Assembly (NCBI GenBank): GCA_017609845.1
Contig: JAFCDD010000007.1
Coordinates: forward strand, 1-26,013
Source: Candidatus Woesearchaeota archaeon
GTDB taxonomy: Archaea > Nanobdellota > Nanobdellia > SCGC-AAA011-G17 > JACPNG01
Direction: 5' to 3'
Length of the DNA: 26,013 bases
Part shown: positions 17,606 through 25,594 of the stretch, piece by piece
Numbering within the stretch: position 1 is the stretch's first letter
Layout: each line of letters opens with the position of its first letter
Program-made: the position numbers and the translations under genes
The notes under the pieces: generated by a model
The model's database searches: none
Seen by the model: the letters and a program-made list of their open reading frames with translations, nothing else
Told to the model about the DNA's origin: nothing

Positions 17606-19093
17606 TTATTTAATGGCAGTTAAACCAGCAGCCTCCAAAAATTTTTTTATTTTTTCTTCTTGTGGAACTCTTTGCGTTATTTCACACAATAAAGCAAAGT
17701 TTTTTCTTAATCCTATTGGGGTTCCCTCAGGAGTTTCTATGCTGCACAACCTCCCCCAGTGAGTGGGATGTAAGGCTCTTGCCTCAAAATTTTCTTGTGA
17801 AGCACTTAATAAAGAAACAATCCGTTGTAGATGAGATGTTGTAGCTAAAAAATTAACCCTGTCCATATTTTGACTTATTCCTTTTCTTCCGCCAACCCAT
17901 GAACCAGTGGCCATTGCACTTTGTATTCTGCTAGTTAATAGTTTATCTCTAATAATTATTTTAACAGACGAAAATTTACTTCTTTTTACCAATCTCTGAA
18001 AATTATATAATATATCATTAATTAATATCCTTAAATTAACTCTAAACAAATCAGCAAGCAAGTCACCACTCATTTTTAATTTTTTATTCATATAATGGTC
18101 TTTGTCTCTTTGTTTTATTCCTTCTTTTGAAACCTTAAAAAATCTATTTATTATCCTACATAAATTATATGCTTTTATTATTCTATCTTTAGGAGAGATC
18201 CCAAGATGAGGCAACAAATACCTATCTAGATTGTTCTGAGTTTTTTCTATTTTAATTTCCCTAGGTTGATTTATTCCGGTTTTCTTAGCAATAAATTCTA
18301 ATGCATCATCTTCAGTTTTTAATTCTAGATTTTCATAAAGATTAATAAAAATATCATCATATTCTCTATCTCCAGAAATAAATCTCGTTATTTCTTGATC
18401 ACTTACTAAACCAAGAGCCTTAATAATTGCAACAACAGGTATCCTTTTAAATCTCGTAAATGAAAGATAAATCATTCCATCTTTCATCTGTTCTATTAAA
18501 TGAGGAATTCTGTAAGGTCCTTGTTCAGAAAATATTTTCGCAGTATATTCACTTGGCCCAACTTTATTTTTTTGTATAAATAACTTATTTGATGCCAAGT
18601 CTTCAACAGTAATCAAAATCCTTTCATTACCATTTAATATAAAGTATCCTCCAAAGTCATTAGGATCCTCATAATGTTTTATTAACTCCTCTTTTTTTAA
18701 TCCATGTAAATGACAATGCTTTGACTTAATCATTATTGGCAACTTACCAATCTCTGTGGTAAATGTTTCTCTTTGTACACCATCCATATGCGCACTAACT
18801 TCTAAATAGATAGGGGCAGCATAAGTTAAACTTCTTAACCTTGCCTCATAGGGAAAAACATCCCTTCTGCTTCCATCAGCCTCAACTATTTGTGGTTTTT
18901 TAATCCACACCTTATTAAATTTAATTTTGAAATCTTGAATTTCTTGAGGAGTTATTGTTGGGACAATTTCTCCCATTTCATCAACTATCTTCTGCATATC
19001 ATTTTCTATAAAATTATTAAAAGATTCTATGTCTGATTCAACAAAACTATTTTCTTCAAAATATTTTTTTATTAACAAATGTTTATCACTCAT
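17606..19093 (-). CDS. rpoB2: RNA polymerase subunit B'' (Rpo2N)
   Basis: ESFNNF, PYEARLR.LTY, GGYFILNG.E, ARALHPTHWG and ETPEG..IGL.KN. Confidence 0.98.
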   Translation of the reverse strand: MSDKHLLIKKYFEENSFVESDIESFNNFIENDMQKIVDEMGEIVPTITPQEIQDFKIKFNKVWIKKPQIVEADGSRRDVFPYEARLRSLTYAAPIYLEVSAHMDGVQRETFTTEIGKLPIMIKSKHCHLHGLKKEELIKHYEDPNDFGGYFILNGNERILITVEDLASNKLFIQKNKVGPSEYTAKIFSEQGPYRIPHLIEQMKDGMIYLSFTRFKRIPVVAIIKALGLVSDQEITRFISGDREYDDIFINLYENLELKTEDDALEFIAKKTGINQPREIKIEKTQNNLDRYLLPHLGISPKDRIIKAYNLCRIINRFFKVSKEGIKQRDKDHYMNKKLKMSGDLLADLFRVNLRILINDILYNFQRLVKRSKFSSVKIIIRDKLLTSRIQSAMATGSWVGGRKGISQNMDRVNFLATTSHLQRIVSLLSASQENFEARALHPTHWGRLCSIETPEGTPIGLRKNFALLCEITQRVPQEEKIKKFLEAAGLTAIK

Positions 19094-19322
19094 CTACAAC
19101 CACCCTATAATAAGGAGACTCTTTAGAAGTTGGACTCTTTCTTGTTATTTTTATTAGGTCTCCTTCTTTTGCACCAATAACTTTGATAACAGGATCTTTA
19201 AGTCTGATTTTTGGAAGCTGTCTTTTAGAAACATTATATTTTTTAAGAATTTTTTCTGCTTCTTCTTCAGATAAAATTTCGTGCTTCGGTAAAAACCTAT
19301 GTTTTAAAATTATTTCTTCCAT
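19086..19322 (-). CDS. rpoH: RNA polymerase subunit H (Rpo5)
   Basis: H..LPKHEIL, QLPKI...DPVI..IGAKEGD.IKI.RKS and YYR.V. Confidence 0.97.
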   Translation of the reverse strand: MEEIILKHRFLPKHEILSEEEAEKILKKYNVSKRQLPKIRLKDPVIKVIGAKEGDLIKITRKSPTSKESPYYRVVVDE

Positions 19323-19333
19323 TTTATTCTAAA

Positions 19334-19409
19334 TGGGCCGGATGGGATTTGAACCCACGACCCCTTGGTTAAAAGCCAAGTGCTCTAAACCAGGCTGAGC
19401 TACCGGCCC
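19334..19409 (-). tRNA. tRNA-Lys(TTT)
   Basis: Minus strand GGGCCGG...CTTGG-CTTTTAA-CCAAG...GTGGG-TTCAAAT-CCCAT-CCGGCCC-A. Confidence 0.97.
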
Positions 19410-19411
19410 GA

Positions 19412-19485
19412 CGCCCTGACCGGGATTCGAACCCGGGTCACGGCCTCGACAGGGCCGTATGATAAACCAACTACACCATCAGGGC
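19412..19485 (-). tRNA. tRNA-Asp(GTC)
   Basis: Minus strand GCCCTGA...CGGCC-CTGTCGA-GGCCG...CCGGG-TTCGAAT-CCCGG-TCAGGGC-G. Confidence 0.97.
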
Positions 19486-19661
19486 CTTTTAATCTTGCTA
19501 AATAAAGATTCTACACTCTATTTCTTATTAATCCCAATAAAAACCACAAAATGTCTTGATAAAATCATATTATAATCTCTTGTCTCCCTATAGATCTCTC
19601 AGAATCATTAACATTAATTTTTTTCACTTGGTTCTCATTTATAAAACTTTTGGTTGAAAAA

Positions 19662-19786
19662 TCCCTGCCCCTGGACTCGAACCAGGAACCTTCCGGTACC
19701 AGCTGACCCATTTTCATCCCTAGCAAATGCCGAGTCAAAGGGCGATTCATCTACAGCCGGACGCTCCACCATTAAGCTAGGCAGGG
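19662..19786 (-). tRNA. tRNA-Tyr(GTA) with a 53-nt intron at 37/38 (19698-19750)
   Basis: C1:G72 and A73 are archaeal Tyr identity elements. Removing the intron gives TCCGG-CTGTAGA-CCGGA and a 72-nt tRNA. A bulge-helix-bulge-like junction can be drawn. Confidence 0.93.
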
Positions 19787-19809
19787 ATAAAGAAAAGACT
19801 CCTATCTAG

Positions 19810-19817
19810 TTTAAAAA
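19810..19817 (-). promoter_or_regulatory. TATA box for tRNA-Tyr
   Basis: TTTTTAAA on the minus strand, 24-31 nt upstream of the tRNA 5' end. Confidence 0.55.
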
Positions 19818-19834
19818 GGTTATGTTTCTATAAA

Positions 19835-21238
19835 TTAAATCGGAATACCAGGGATTCTTTTAGAATATTCTTTAATTTCCTTACCTTTCTTCTTGTAAAC
19901 AACAACCGCACTAGGTAGCATAAACTTCCCAATTATATTTAGTTTTGATTTAATTTTATAACTAAAAACCCTCTCTTCCCCAGCCTCTAAAACATTCAAT
20001 TGCCAGATCAATCTCATACCAGATCTTCCTTTTTGAATCTTATCCGGCTTTAATGTTCCAAAGTCTCTTGTAGGAATAACAAGGTTAGGCAAGTAATCAA
20101 TAACTTTAACATTTTTTAACATCCCATTATTATTTCTAACATGCAATAATACTTTTAATTCAGAAACGCCTTCTTTTGTCTCACTTAATTTATAAGTTGT
20201 TTTTTTTATTGTAATCTTCCTACTTAACAAGTATAATATCAAACCAAAAACAACCAAAGCCACCAATATTGCTATCCAAAGACCCCTATAATCAGTAGTT
20301 ATTTCTAGTACATAATCTTGTCCGGGCATAATTTCAAAATTCCAGACAAAAGTATCATCCACAATCTTGCTTGGAGGAACATTAAATGTTGTAAAGTAAC
20401 TTGCAAATCCACCAACCTCCATCCTATAACTTTCTTTTGCAATTAAATTTCCAATATTGGTCTTTGTTATTTTAACTCTATTAACAAATAAATCATTATT
20501 CTTTATAATCTCTTCTTGTACATCAGGATTCTTAATTACTTCAAATTCCTTTTTATAACTGCCAATTAGTTCTTTATTGCTGTAAACCTTTATATCTAAA
20601 GTATATTCTCCTGCAGTTGTTGCAGGATCCAAATCAAGATCTATTGTTTTAACAATTGGTACACCATAATACAAAGGGGTTTCAAATTCATCTTCAAATA
20701 ATTCACTAACAACAAAAACTTCTACATTTTTATACACTTTATTCACTTTGTTGCTTAAAATAATATCAAAAAACACGCCCTTCCCAGCAACAATTTTATT
20801 TTTAAAATTTGTTGTTATTCCAACAATCTGTTCAGGATAAACAATATTTACTATTAATTCTTGCCTTTGCTTTATATTTTTATCAGATTCAGAAATTACA
20901 TCCACAAAAGTTTTATAATTCTTATTGGGTATTGCCTCTTCCAAAATTTTCACTCTTATATCAACTGTCTTTTCCTGGTTTGAACCAACAACCACCCTAC
21001 TAGGATCAACATTAATATGTTCAAATACATCAGAAAAAGGATAACTTGAAAATTCATCCGGAATTATCTTAAAAGTATCTTCCGCAATCCCATTATTCTT
21101 TATTGATAATTCAAAAACAGCCTCTTCTCCCGGAGAAGCCTTATTATTTTCTTCAATTAAATTTAACTCTATTCTATCAGCATAAACTAAAGATGTTAAA
21201 AGAAACAATATCATAAAAATAAATATAATTTTCTTCAT
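19835..21238 (-). CDS. Membrane-anchored protein: signal peptide, Ig-like beta-sandwich domains, one TM helix and a C-terminal DUF11-like domain
   Basis: MKKIIFIFMILFLLTSLVYA signal, TM LWIAILVALVVFGLILYLL followed by SRK, and a C-terminal V..NV.V.D.LP...L.W.L..LEAGEER..SYKI pattern. GAGGTGG SD 4 nt upstream. Confidence 0.75.
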   Translation of the reverse strand: MKKIIFIFMILFLLTSLVYADRIELNLIEENNKASPGEEAVFELSIKNNGIAEDTFKIIPDEFSSYPFSDVFEHINVDPSRVVVGSNQEKTVDIRVKILEEAIPNKNYKTFVDVISESDKNIKQRQELIVNIVYPEQIVGITTNFKNKIVAGKGVFFDIILSNKVNKVYKNVEVFVVSELFEDEFETPLYYGVPIVKTIDLDLDPATTAGEYTLDIKVYSNKELIGSYKKEFEVIKNPDVQEEIIKNNDLFVNRVKITKTNIGNLIAKESYRMEVGGFASYFTTFNVPPSKIVDDTFVWNFEIMPGQDYVLEITTDYRGLWIAILVALVVFGLILYLLSRKITIKKTTYKLSETKEGVSELKVLLHVRNNNGMLKNVKVIDYLPNLVIPTRDFGTLKPDKIQKGRSGMRLIWQLNVLEAGEERVFSYKIKSKLNIIGKFMLPSAVVVYKKKGKEIKEYSKRIPGIPI

Positions 21239-21292
21239 AAATCCACCTCTGGATATATGATATTATTACTTGTATTTAAATTTTGTTATTAG

Positions 21293-21841
21293 TTATGGCC
21301 TTATTATTTTAGCTACTTTTTTGGTTAAATCAATGATCGTAGAAGGTTTGCCACTTAGTGGTCCGTAGTCAATTATATAATCTACTTTATTTCTTATTCT
21401 TCTAGAGATATCATCTATTTTTGTTATATTATTTTCTCCACTTTTATTAACAGAAGTTGTAATAAAAGGCACATTTGCTTTTCTTATTAAATCACAAAAT
21501 TCATGTTTTGGAATTCTCACTCCAACGGTTTTACCAAAACTTACATTATTTGGGAATATTTTTCTTTTTAATTTTAAAATAAAAGTATATTTCCCAGGCA
21601 ATTTTTCTATGTAAGCTTTTTTATAATGGCAATTTTTGTATATCCAATTCTTGCTCGGAGCAATAACAGAAAAGGGCTTTTTAGATTTCTTAATTTTTCT
21701 TATTTTTTCAACTAAATCTTTATTTAGGGAATTACACCCAATACCATATATAGTGTCTGTTGGGTAAATAAAAATCTTACTCTTAATCTCTTTTATTATT
21801 CCCTTTCTTTTCTTAAATTCCTTAAAATCCATGATTTCCAT
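21293..21841 (-). CDS. tsaC: L-threonylcarbamoyladenylate synthase, short TsaC/YrdC form without the SUA5 domain
   Basis: IYPTDTIYGIGC, KPFSV, PGKYTFIL, VGVRIP, TTSVNKSG and PSTIIDL. Confidence 0.92.
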   Translation of the reverse strand: MEIMDFKEFKKRKGIIKEIKSKIFIYPTDTIYGIGCNSLNKDLVEKIRKIKKSKKPFSVIAPSKNWIYKNCHYKKAYIEKLPGKYTFILKLKRKIFPNNVSFGKTVGVRIPKHEFCDLIRKANVPFITTSVNKSGENNITKIDDISRRIRNKVDYIIDYGPLSGKPSTIIDLTKKVAKIIRP

Positions 21842-21865
21842 TGAATTATTAAATATTTTACAATT

Positions 21866-21873
21866 TTAAAAAC
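21866..21873 (-). promoter_or_regulatory. TATA box for a probably leaderless tsaC transcript
   Basis: TTTTTAAA on the minus strand, 25-32 nt upstream of ATG 21841. No SD is visible. Confidence 0.45.
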
Positions 21874-21915
21874 CTTCTTTCTTGGAATGTAACTACTTTA
21901 AAATAGTTGTAAAAT

Positions 21916-21930
21916 CGAAAGATTTATATA
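21916..21930 (+). promoter_or_regulatory. BRE + TATA promoter, predicted start near 21953
   Basis: CGAAAGA-TTTATATA is a close match to the archaeal BRE/TATA consensus. Confidence 0.55.
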
Positions 21931-21965
21931 TGACTTATAACATCTAAAATATATCACCTCTTTTT

Positions 21966-22005
21966 CCCAGGAAGAAGTCCTTTACGGGACTTTTTCTTGG
22001 GTTTT
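21966..22005 (+). terminator. 16-bp RNA hairpin followed by a U tract (terminator, attenuator or sRNA element)
   Basis: CCCAGGAAGAAGTCCT-TTAC-GGGACTTTTTCTTGGG-TTTT: 13 Watson-Crick pairs and 3 G.U pairs with no mismatch on the + strand. Confidence 0.6.
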
Positions 22006-22017
22006 ATACTCATTAAA

Positions 22018-22025
22018 TTTATAAA
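22018..22025 (+). promoter_or_regulatory. TATA box for a probably leaderless pafA-like transcript
   Basis: TTTATAAA lies 28-35 nt upstream of ATG 22053 and is flanked by the inverted repeat TATACTC/GAGTATA. Confidence 0.5.
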
Positions 22026-22052
22026 GAGTATAGGTAGTTTTTAGCTTTAAAA

Positions 22053-23534
22053 ATGAGTATAGAAACCTTTGTAGGAATTGAAACAGAGTTTGCTGGTTTA
22101 ACACACAAACAGGACAGAACACATTGTGGTTCTGGTGAGGAAATTATTTCTGCTTATTTATCTTATCTTAGACAAAAACACCCGAGAAGAGGAGTTGTAG
22201 CACAAGGCAAATCAAAGTCAAATCTTTTTTTAAGTAATGGTGCAAAATTTTACCCCGATACTGGGAAACATGCAGAATATGCTACACCAGAATCATCAAC
22301 AATACTAGATGTGATTCGTTATGACAAAGCCGGAGAAAGAATTATTGAACTTGCAGCAGACCATTTTAATAGAACAAACCCGGGAATAACCATAGAAATT
22401 TATAAAAATAATTCTGATGAGTCAACAAGATCGTCAACAAGATATAAACGCTCAGAAACACAAACATATGGTTGTCACGAGAATTATTTGATCGAAAGTT
22501 CTTTATATGAAAATGTTGACGACCTTGAATACAAATTAGCTCCATTTTTAATAACTCGCCAGTTATATGCCGGTTCTGGAAAAATTGGACAAAGATATTT
22601 TAGTGAAGAGCAAAACATATTCCAACTTTCACAAAGAGCAGATTTTATGGAAAATATCTTTGGTAAATGTTCAACATCAGAAAGACCACTTATATTCAGA
22701 AGAGATGAACATCATATAAGAAAAGGAAAAAGATTACATGTTTTGTGTGGAGACTCTAATCTAATGGAAATAGCAAACTATCTAAAAATAGGAACAACAG
22801 AATTGGTGTTGCGTGCAATAGAAGAAGGACATATCGAAGAAATAAGAGTTATGGATTCCCACTATGAAATGGGAAGAATATCAAGAGACCAATCAATGAA
22901 ATGGCAAGGAATTAGACTAGAAGATGGAAGAGAATTTTCTGCTTTGGATATACAAAGAATTTATTTCGAATTAATATATAAGAATTATTATAACAAAAGA
23001 AACGAAGAAACAAATGAAATAATAAAGTGGTGGGACCTTTTATTGTGTGCCTTAGAAGAACCATTAGGATACGGATTTAGATTACTTTCAAGAACAACAG
23101 ACTGGGGCGCAAAACTTTCTATAATCAAGAGAAAAATGAAAAGAACTCCAGAAATTTCTTCTTATGATCATCCACGTATAAAGAGAATATCCATACAATA
23201 TCATAAAGTAGATAGGAAGAAGGGCCTTTATTACATCTTAGAAAAGGAAGAAAGAGTTCAAAGGATATTAACCGACGAACAAATTGAAGATGCAATGGTT
23301 AATCCTCCACCAAACAATCGTGCCCATTTTAGAGGAAATGCAATTATGGCAGGAATTGTTGAAATAGCAGATTGGTCTATTACAACCATCAAATCAAATG
23401 GCGAATTATATAGAATTAAACTAGATGAACCAAGAACAGGAACCAATATAACAAGAGAAGACTTTCAACTTCCTCCTCAAGAATTAATTCTTAAACTAAG
23501 AAACCAAGGATTTAATGTAGAAAGAACACAATAA
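22053..23534 (+). CDS. pafA: Pup-ligase/deamidase family protein (carboxylate-amine ligase fold), PafA-like subtype
   Basis: GIETEF, SNLFLSNGAKFYPDTGKHAEYATPE, DKAGERI, KNNSD..YGCHENYL, PFLITRQL.AGSGK, LSQRAD, ST..RP.I.RRDEHH, RLHV.CGDSN, LKIGTT.LVL, QYH....KGLY, TDEQIEDAM.NPP..NRA.FRG and a C-terminal DW. Confidence 0.9.
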   Translation: MSIETFVGIETEFAGLTHKQDRTHCGSGEEIISAYLSYLRQKHPRRGVVAQGKSKSNLFLSNGAKFYPDTGKHAEYATPESSTILDVIRYDKAGERIIELAADHFNRTNPGITIEIYKNNSDESTRSSTRYKRSETQTYGCHENYLIESSLYENVDDLEYKLAPFLITRQLYAGSGKIGQRYFSEEQNIFQLSQRADFMENIFGKCSTSERPLIFRRDEHHIRKGKRLHVLCGDSNLMEIANYLKIGTTELVLRAIEEGHIEEIRVMDSHYEMGRISRDQSMKWQGIRLEDGREFSALDIQRIYFELIYKNYYNKRNEETNEIIKWWDLLLCALEEPLGYGFRLLSRTTDWGAKLSIIKRKMKRTPEISSYDHPRIKRISIQYHKVDRKKGLYYILEKEERVQRILTDEQIEDAMVNPPPNNRAHFRGNAIMAGIVEIADWSITTIKSNGELYRIKLDEPRTGTNITREDFQLPPQELILKLRNQGFNVERTQ

Positions 23535-23551
23535 ACAATTAGATTTGCAAA

Positions 23552-25594
23552 TTAATACAAAACCCCACTAATGTTATTTTCCTTCTTAAATTTAATCACA
23601 TTATCTACAAAACTTTCTATCTTAATCTCATGACTTACTAAAATAATTTGTTTTATGTTTAACTCCTCTAAAACAATCCTCATTCTGTCTAATTGTTCAT
23701 CACTAAAACCATCAGTAGGCTCGTCCAATATTAGTAAATCTTTAGTTTTTATATCAGTAATTAAATTATTTATCACCTGATTTAACGCTAATCGATAAGC
23801 TAAAGCAGCAGCATTTTTCTCTCCACCACTCAAATACAAATAATCCAAATCATGCCCTCCTTGTGTAATCAATGGTGAAAAATCTTTATCTAGATTAATC
23901 TTCAGATTCTCATTGTCAACAAGAATATCAAACCACTTCTGGAATAAGGAATTAAAATCAGAATGAACTCTAAACATCACATTCTTTTCAATAAGGTCAA
24001 TCATATTAATAAAATGATCATTGATCCAATTTTTAATCTCATTTAAATAAACAAAAATTTCCTTAATTTTAGTCATGTCTTCTATTTCTTTTTCAAGAGA
24101 TGCAATTAAATCCAAAGAATTTTTAAATTCTACTTCTTGGCTATTCAATTCCAGTTCAATGTCTCTTAACTCTTTTTCTAATGTTTCTAACTCTTCTTTA
24201 TCCTTCTCCAAATCTAATTCCTTATATTCTTCTATCTTATTTGTTAGATCTAATTTATTTTTTTCTAGAAGTTCAACCTCATTTTTTAATTTTTTCAGTT
24301 CTTCTCCAATAACTCTTTTTCTTAAATCATAAACACTAACTTCTCTCTTCTTTAATTCATTAATACCAATAACCTTTTCCCTTTCCTGTAACAGTTCAAA
24401 CTCTTTTTTTAATCTTTTTAAGCTATTTTCAACAAATTCTTTTTCCTCTTTACCATTTTTAATTTCTTCTCTATATCTAATCATCTCTTTATTTTCCTCT
24501 CCAATCACCCTTTTCTTATATTCTTCTTCTACTTTTTGCTTACATGTGGGACAAGTATCCAGTCTTTGAATACTATTAACAATCTTCCTAGAATTCTCCT
24601 GATTAATGGTTGCCACATTTATTTTATTTGATATTAATCTTAAACTCTTTTCAGCATCATCAATTTTATTTCTTATTTCATCTATTTTTTCCTTAATGCC
24701 CCCTTCCTTTATATCCTCTATTTTTATATTCTTTAATTTATTATCAATATCTTCTATTTCTGAATTACTATTGCTTATTCTTTCTAACTTATTTTTAATA
24801 TTTACTTCAATAATACTAAATTGTTTTTTTAATTCATTAATCTCAATAATTTGTTTTTCAATTTCCTTAATCTTTTTTCTTCTCTCATTAACTTCATTAT
24901 TTTTCTTCTCAAAAATTTGTTTTATCTCATTAATCCTTATTTCTATCTCTTTCTTTTTATTCTCTTTTTCTAATTTTTCTTGTTTTTTCTCCTCCAATCT
25001 TTCTATTTTCCCTTTAAGCACATTAGTTTTCTCTCTTAACCCAGTTAGGAAAATCTTTGCGTTCTCTTTTACAACTTTGTACTTATCAATTCCAAATACT
25101 TTCCTTAATGTATCAAGCCTTAGTTCTTTATCACCCAATAAAATCTTTTTCATCTCTTCTTGAGGAGTATAAACAGTGTAATGAAAAATCATTGATTTAG
25201 ACTTTGTTAACAATTCTTGAGGATAGTTTAAAAGATCTAAAACTGCTTGTTTTAATTCCATTGCACTTAAATCTTTTTTCTCTCCATTTATTATAATATA
25301 ACCAGAACTTTGTGTTATCGTTGTTCCCCTTCTTAATACCCTTTTTATTATTATATCCTTATTATCAATATTAAAAAATAATTCTACACAACCCTCATTA
25401 ACACCGGCCCTTAATAAAGAACCGCCACTCAAAGAACTTTTCCTCAGTCCAAATAAAACAAAATCTATTGCTAGTAATATTGTGCTCTTACCGCTTCCTA
25501 TGTTTCCTGCCAACAACAAATTTCCTTCTGGAAAAGTTATTTCTCCATTAACATAAGATCTTATATTATTTAGCCTTATTTTTTTCAAAATCAT
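23552..25594 (-). CDS. rad50: Rad50/SbcC DNA repair ATPase, short coiled-coil form
   Basis: Walker A GNIGSGKST, Zn hook CPTC centred in a coiled coil, signature LSGGE, Walker B LILDEPT and H-loop VSH. Confidence 0.95.
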   Translation of the reverse strand: MILKKIRLNNIRSYVNGEITFPEGNLLLAGNIGSGKSTILLAIDFVLFGLRKSSLSGGSLLRAGVNEGCVELFFNIDNKDIIIKRVLRRGTTITQSSGYIIINGEKKDLSAMELKQAVLDLLNYPQELLTKSKSMIFHYTVYTPQEEMKKILLGDKELRLDTLRKVFGIDKYKVVKENAKIFLTGLREKTNVLKGKIERLEEKKQEKLEKENKKKEIEIRINEIKQIFEKKNNEVNERRKKIKEIEKQIIEINELKKQFSIIEVNIKNKLERISNSNSEIEDIDNKLKNIKIEDIKEGGIKEKIDEIRNKIDDAEKSLRLISNKINVATINQENSRKIVNSIQRLDTCPTCKQKVEEEYKKRVIGEENKEMIRYREEIKNGKEEKEFVENSLKRLKKEFELLQEREKVIGINELKKREVSVYDLRKRVIGEELKKLKNEVELLEKNKLDLTNKIEEYKELDLEKDKEELETLEKELRDIELELNSQEVEFKNSLDLIASLEKEIEDMTKIKEIFVYLNEIKNWINDHFINMIDLIEKNVMFRVHSDFNSLFQKWFDILVDNENLKINLDKDFSPLITQGGHDLDYLYLSGGEKNAAALAYRLALNQVINNLITDIKTKDLLILDEPTDGFSDEQLDRMRIVLEELNIKQIILVSHEIKIESFVDNVIKFKKENNISGVLY

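Noticed and set aside
19565-19750. 61-aa ORF
   Set aside because: It runs through the tRNA-Tyr intron and 3' exon.
21293-21841. Short TsaC instead of Sua5, and its co-occurrence with kae1
   Set aside because: Both forms are known in archaea and the two genes are 19 kb apart.
21935-21960. Minus-strand GAGGTGA followed by ATG-TTA-TAA
   Set aside because: It gives a two-codon ORF with 10-nt spacing, against 4-6 nt at the real genes here. It is kept only as an alternative reading of the candidate RNA.
23940-25140. Low-complexity K/E-rich periodic sequence
   Set aside because: This is the Rad50 coiled coil, not a DNA repeat.
1043-25163. Antisense and overlapping ORFs in the track (1043-1537, 1565-1816, 2044-2556, 4364-4591, 5110-5310, 5708-5962, 6826-7008, 11084-11350, 12392-12580, 15253-15540, 17662-17844, 20809-21003, 23258-23446, 24075-24332, 24606-25163)
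   Set aside because: They are shadow frames of well-supported genes or of AT-rich spacer, with F/L/I/S-rich composition and no motifs.
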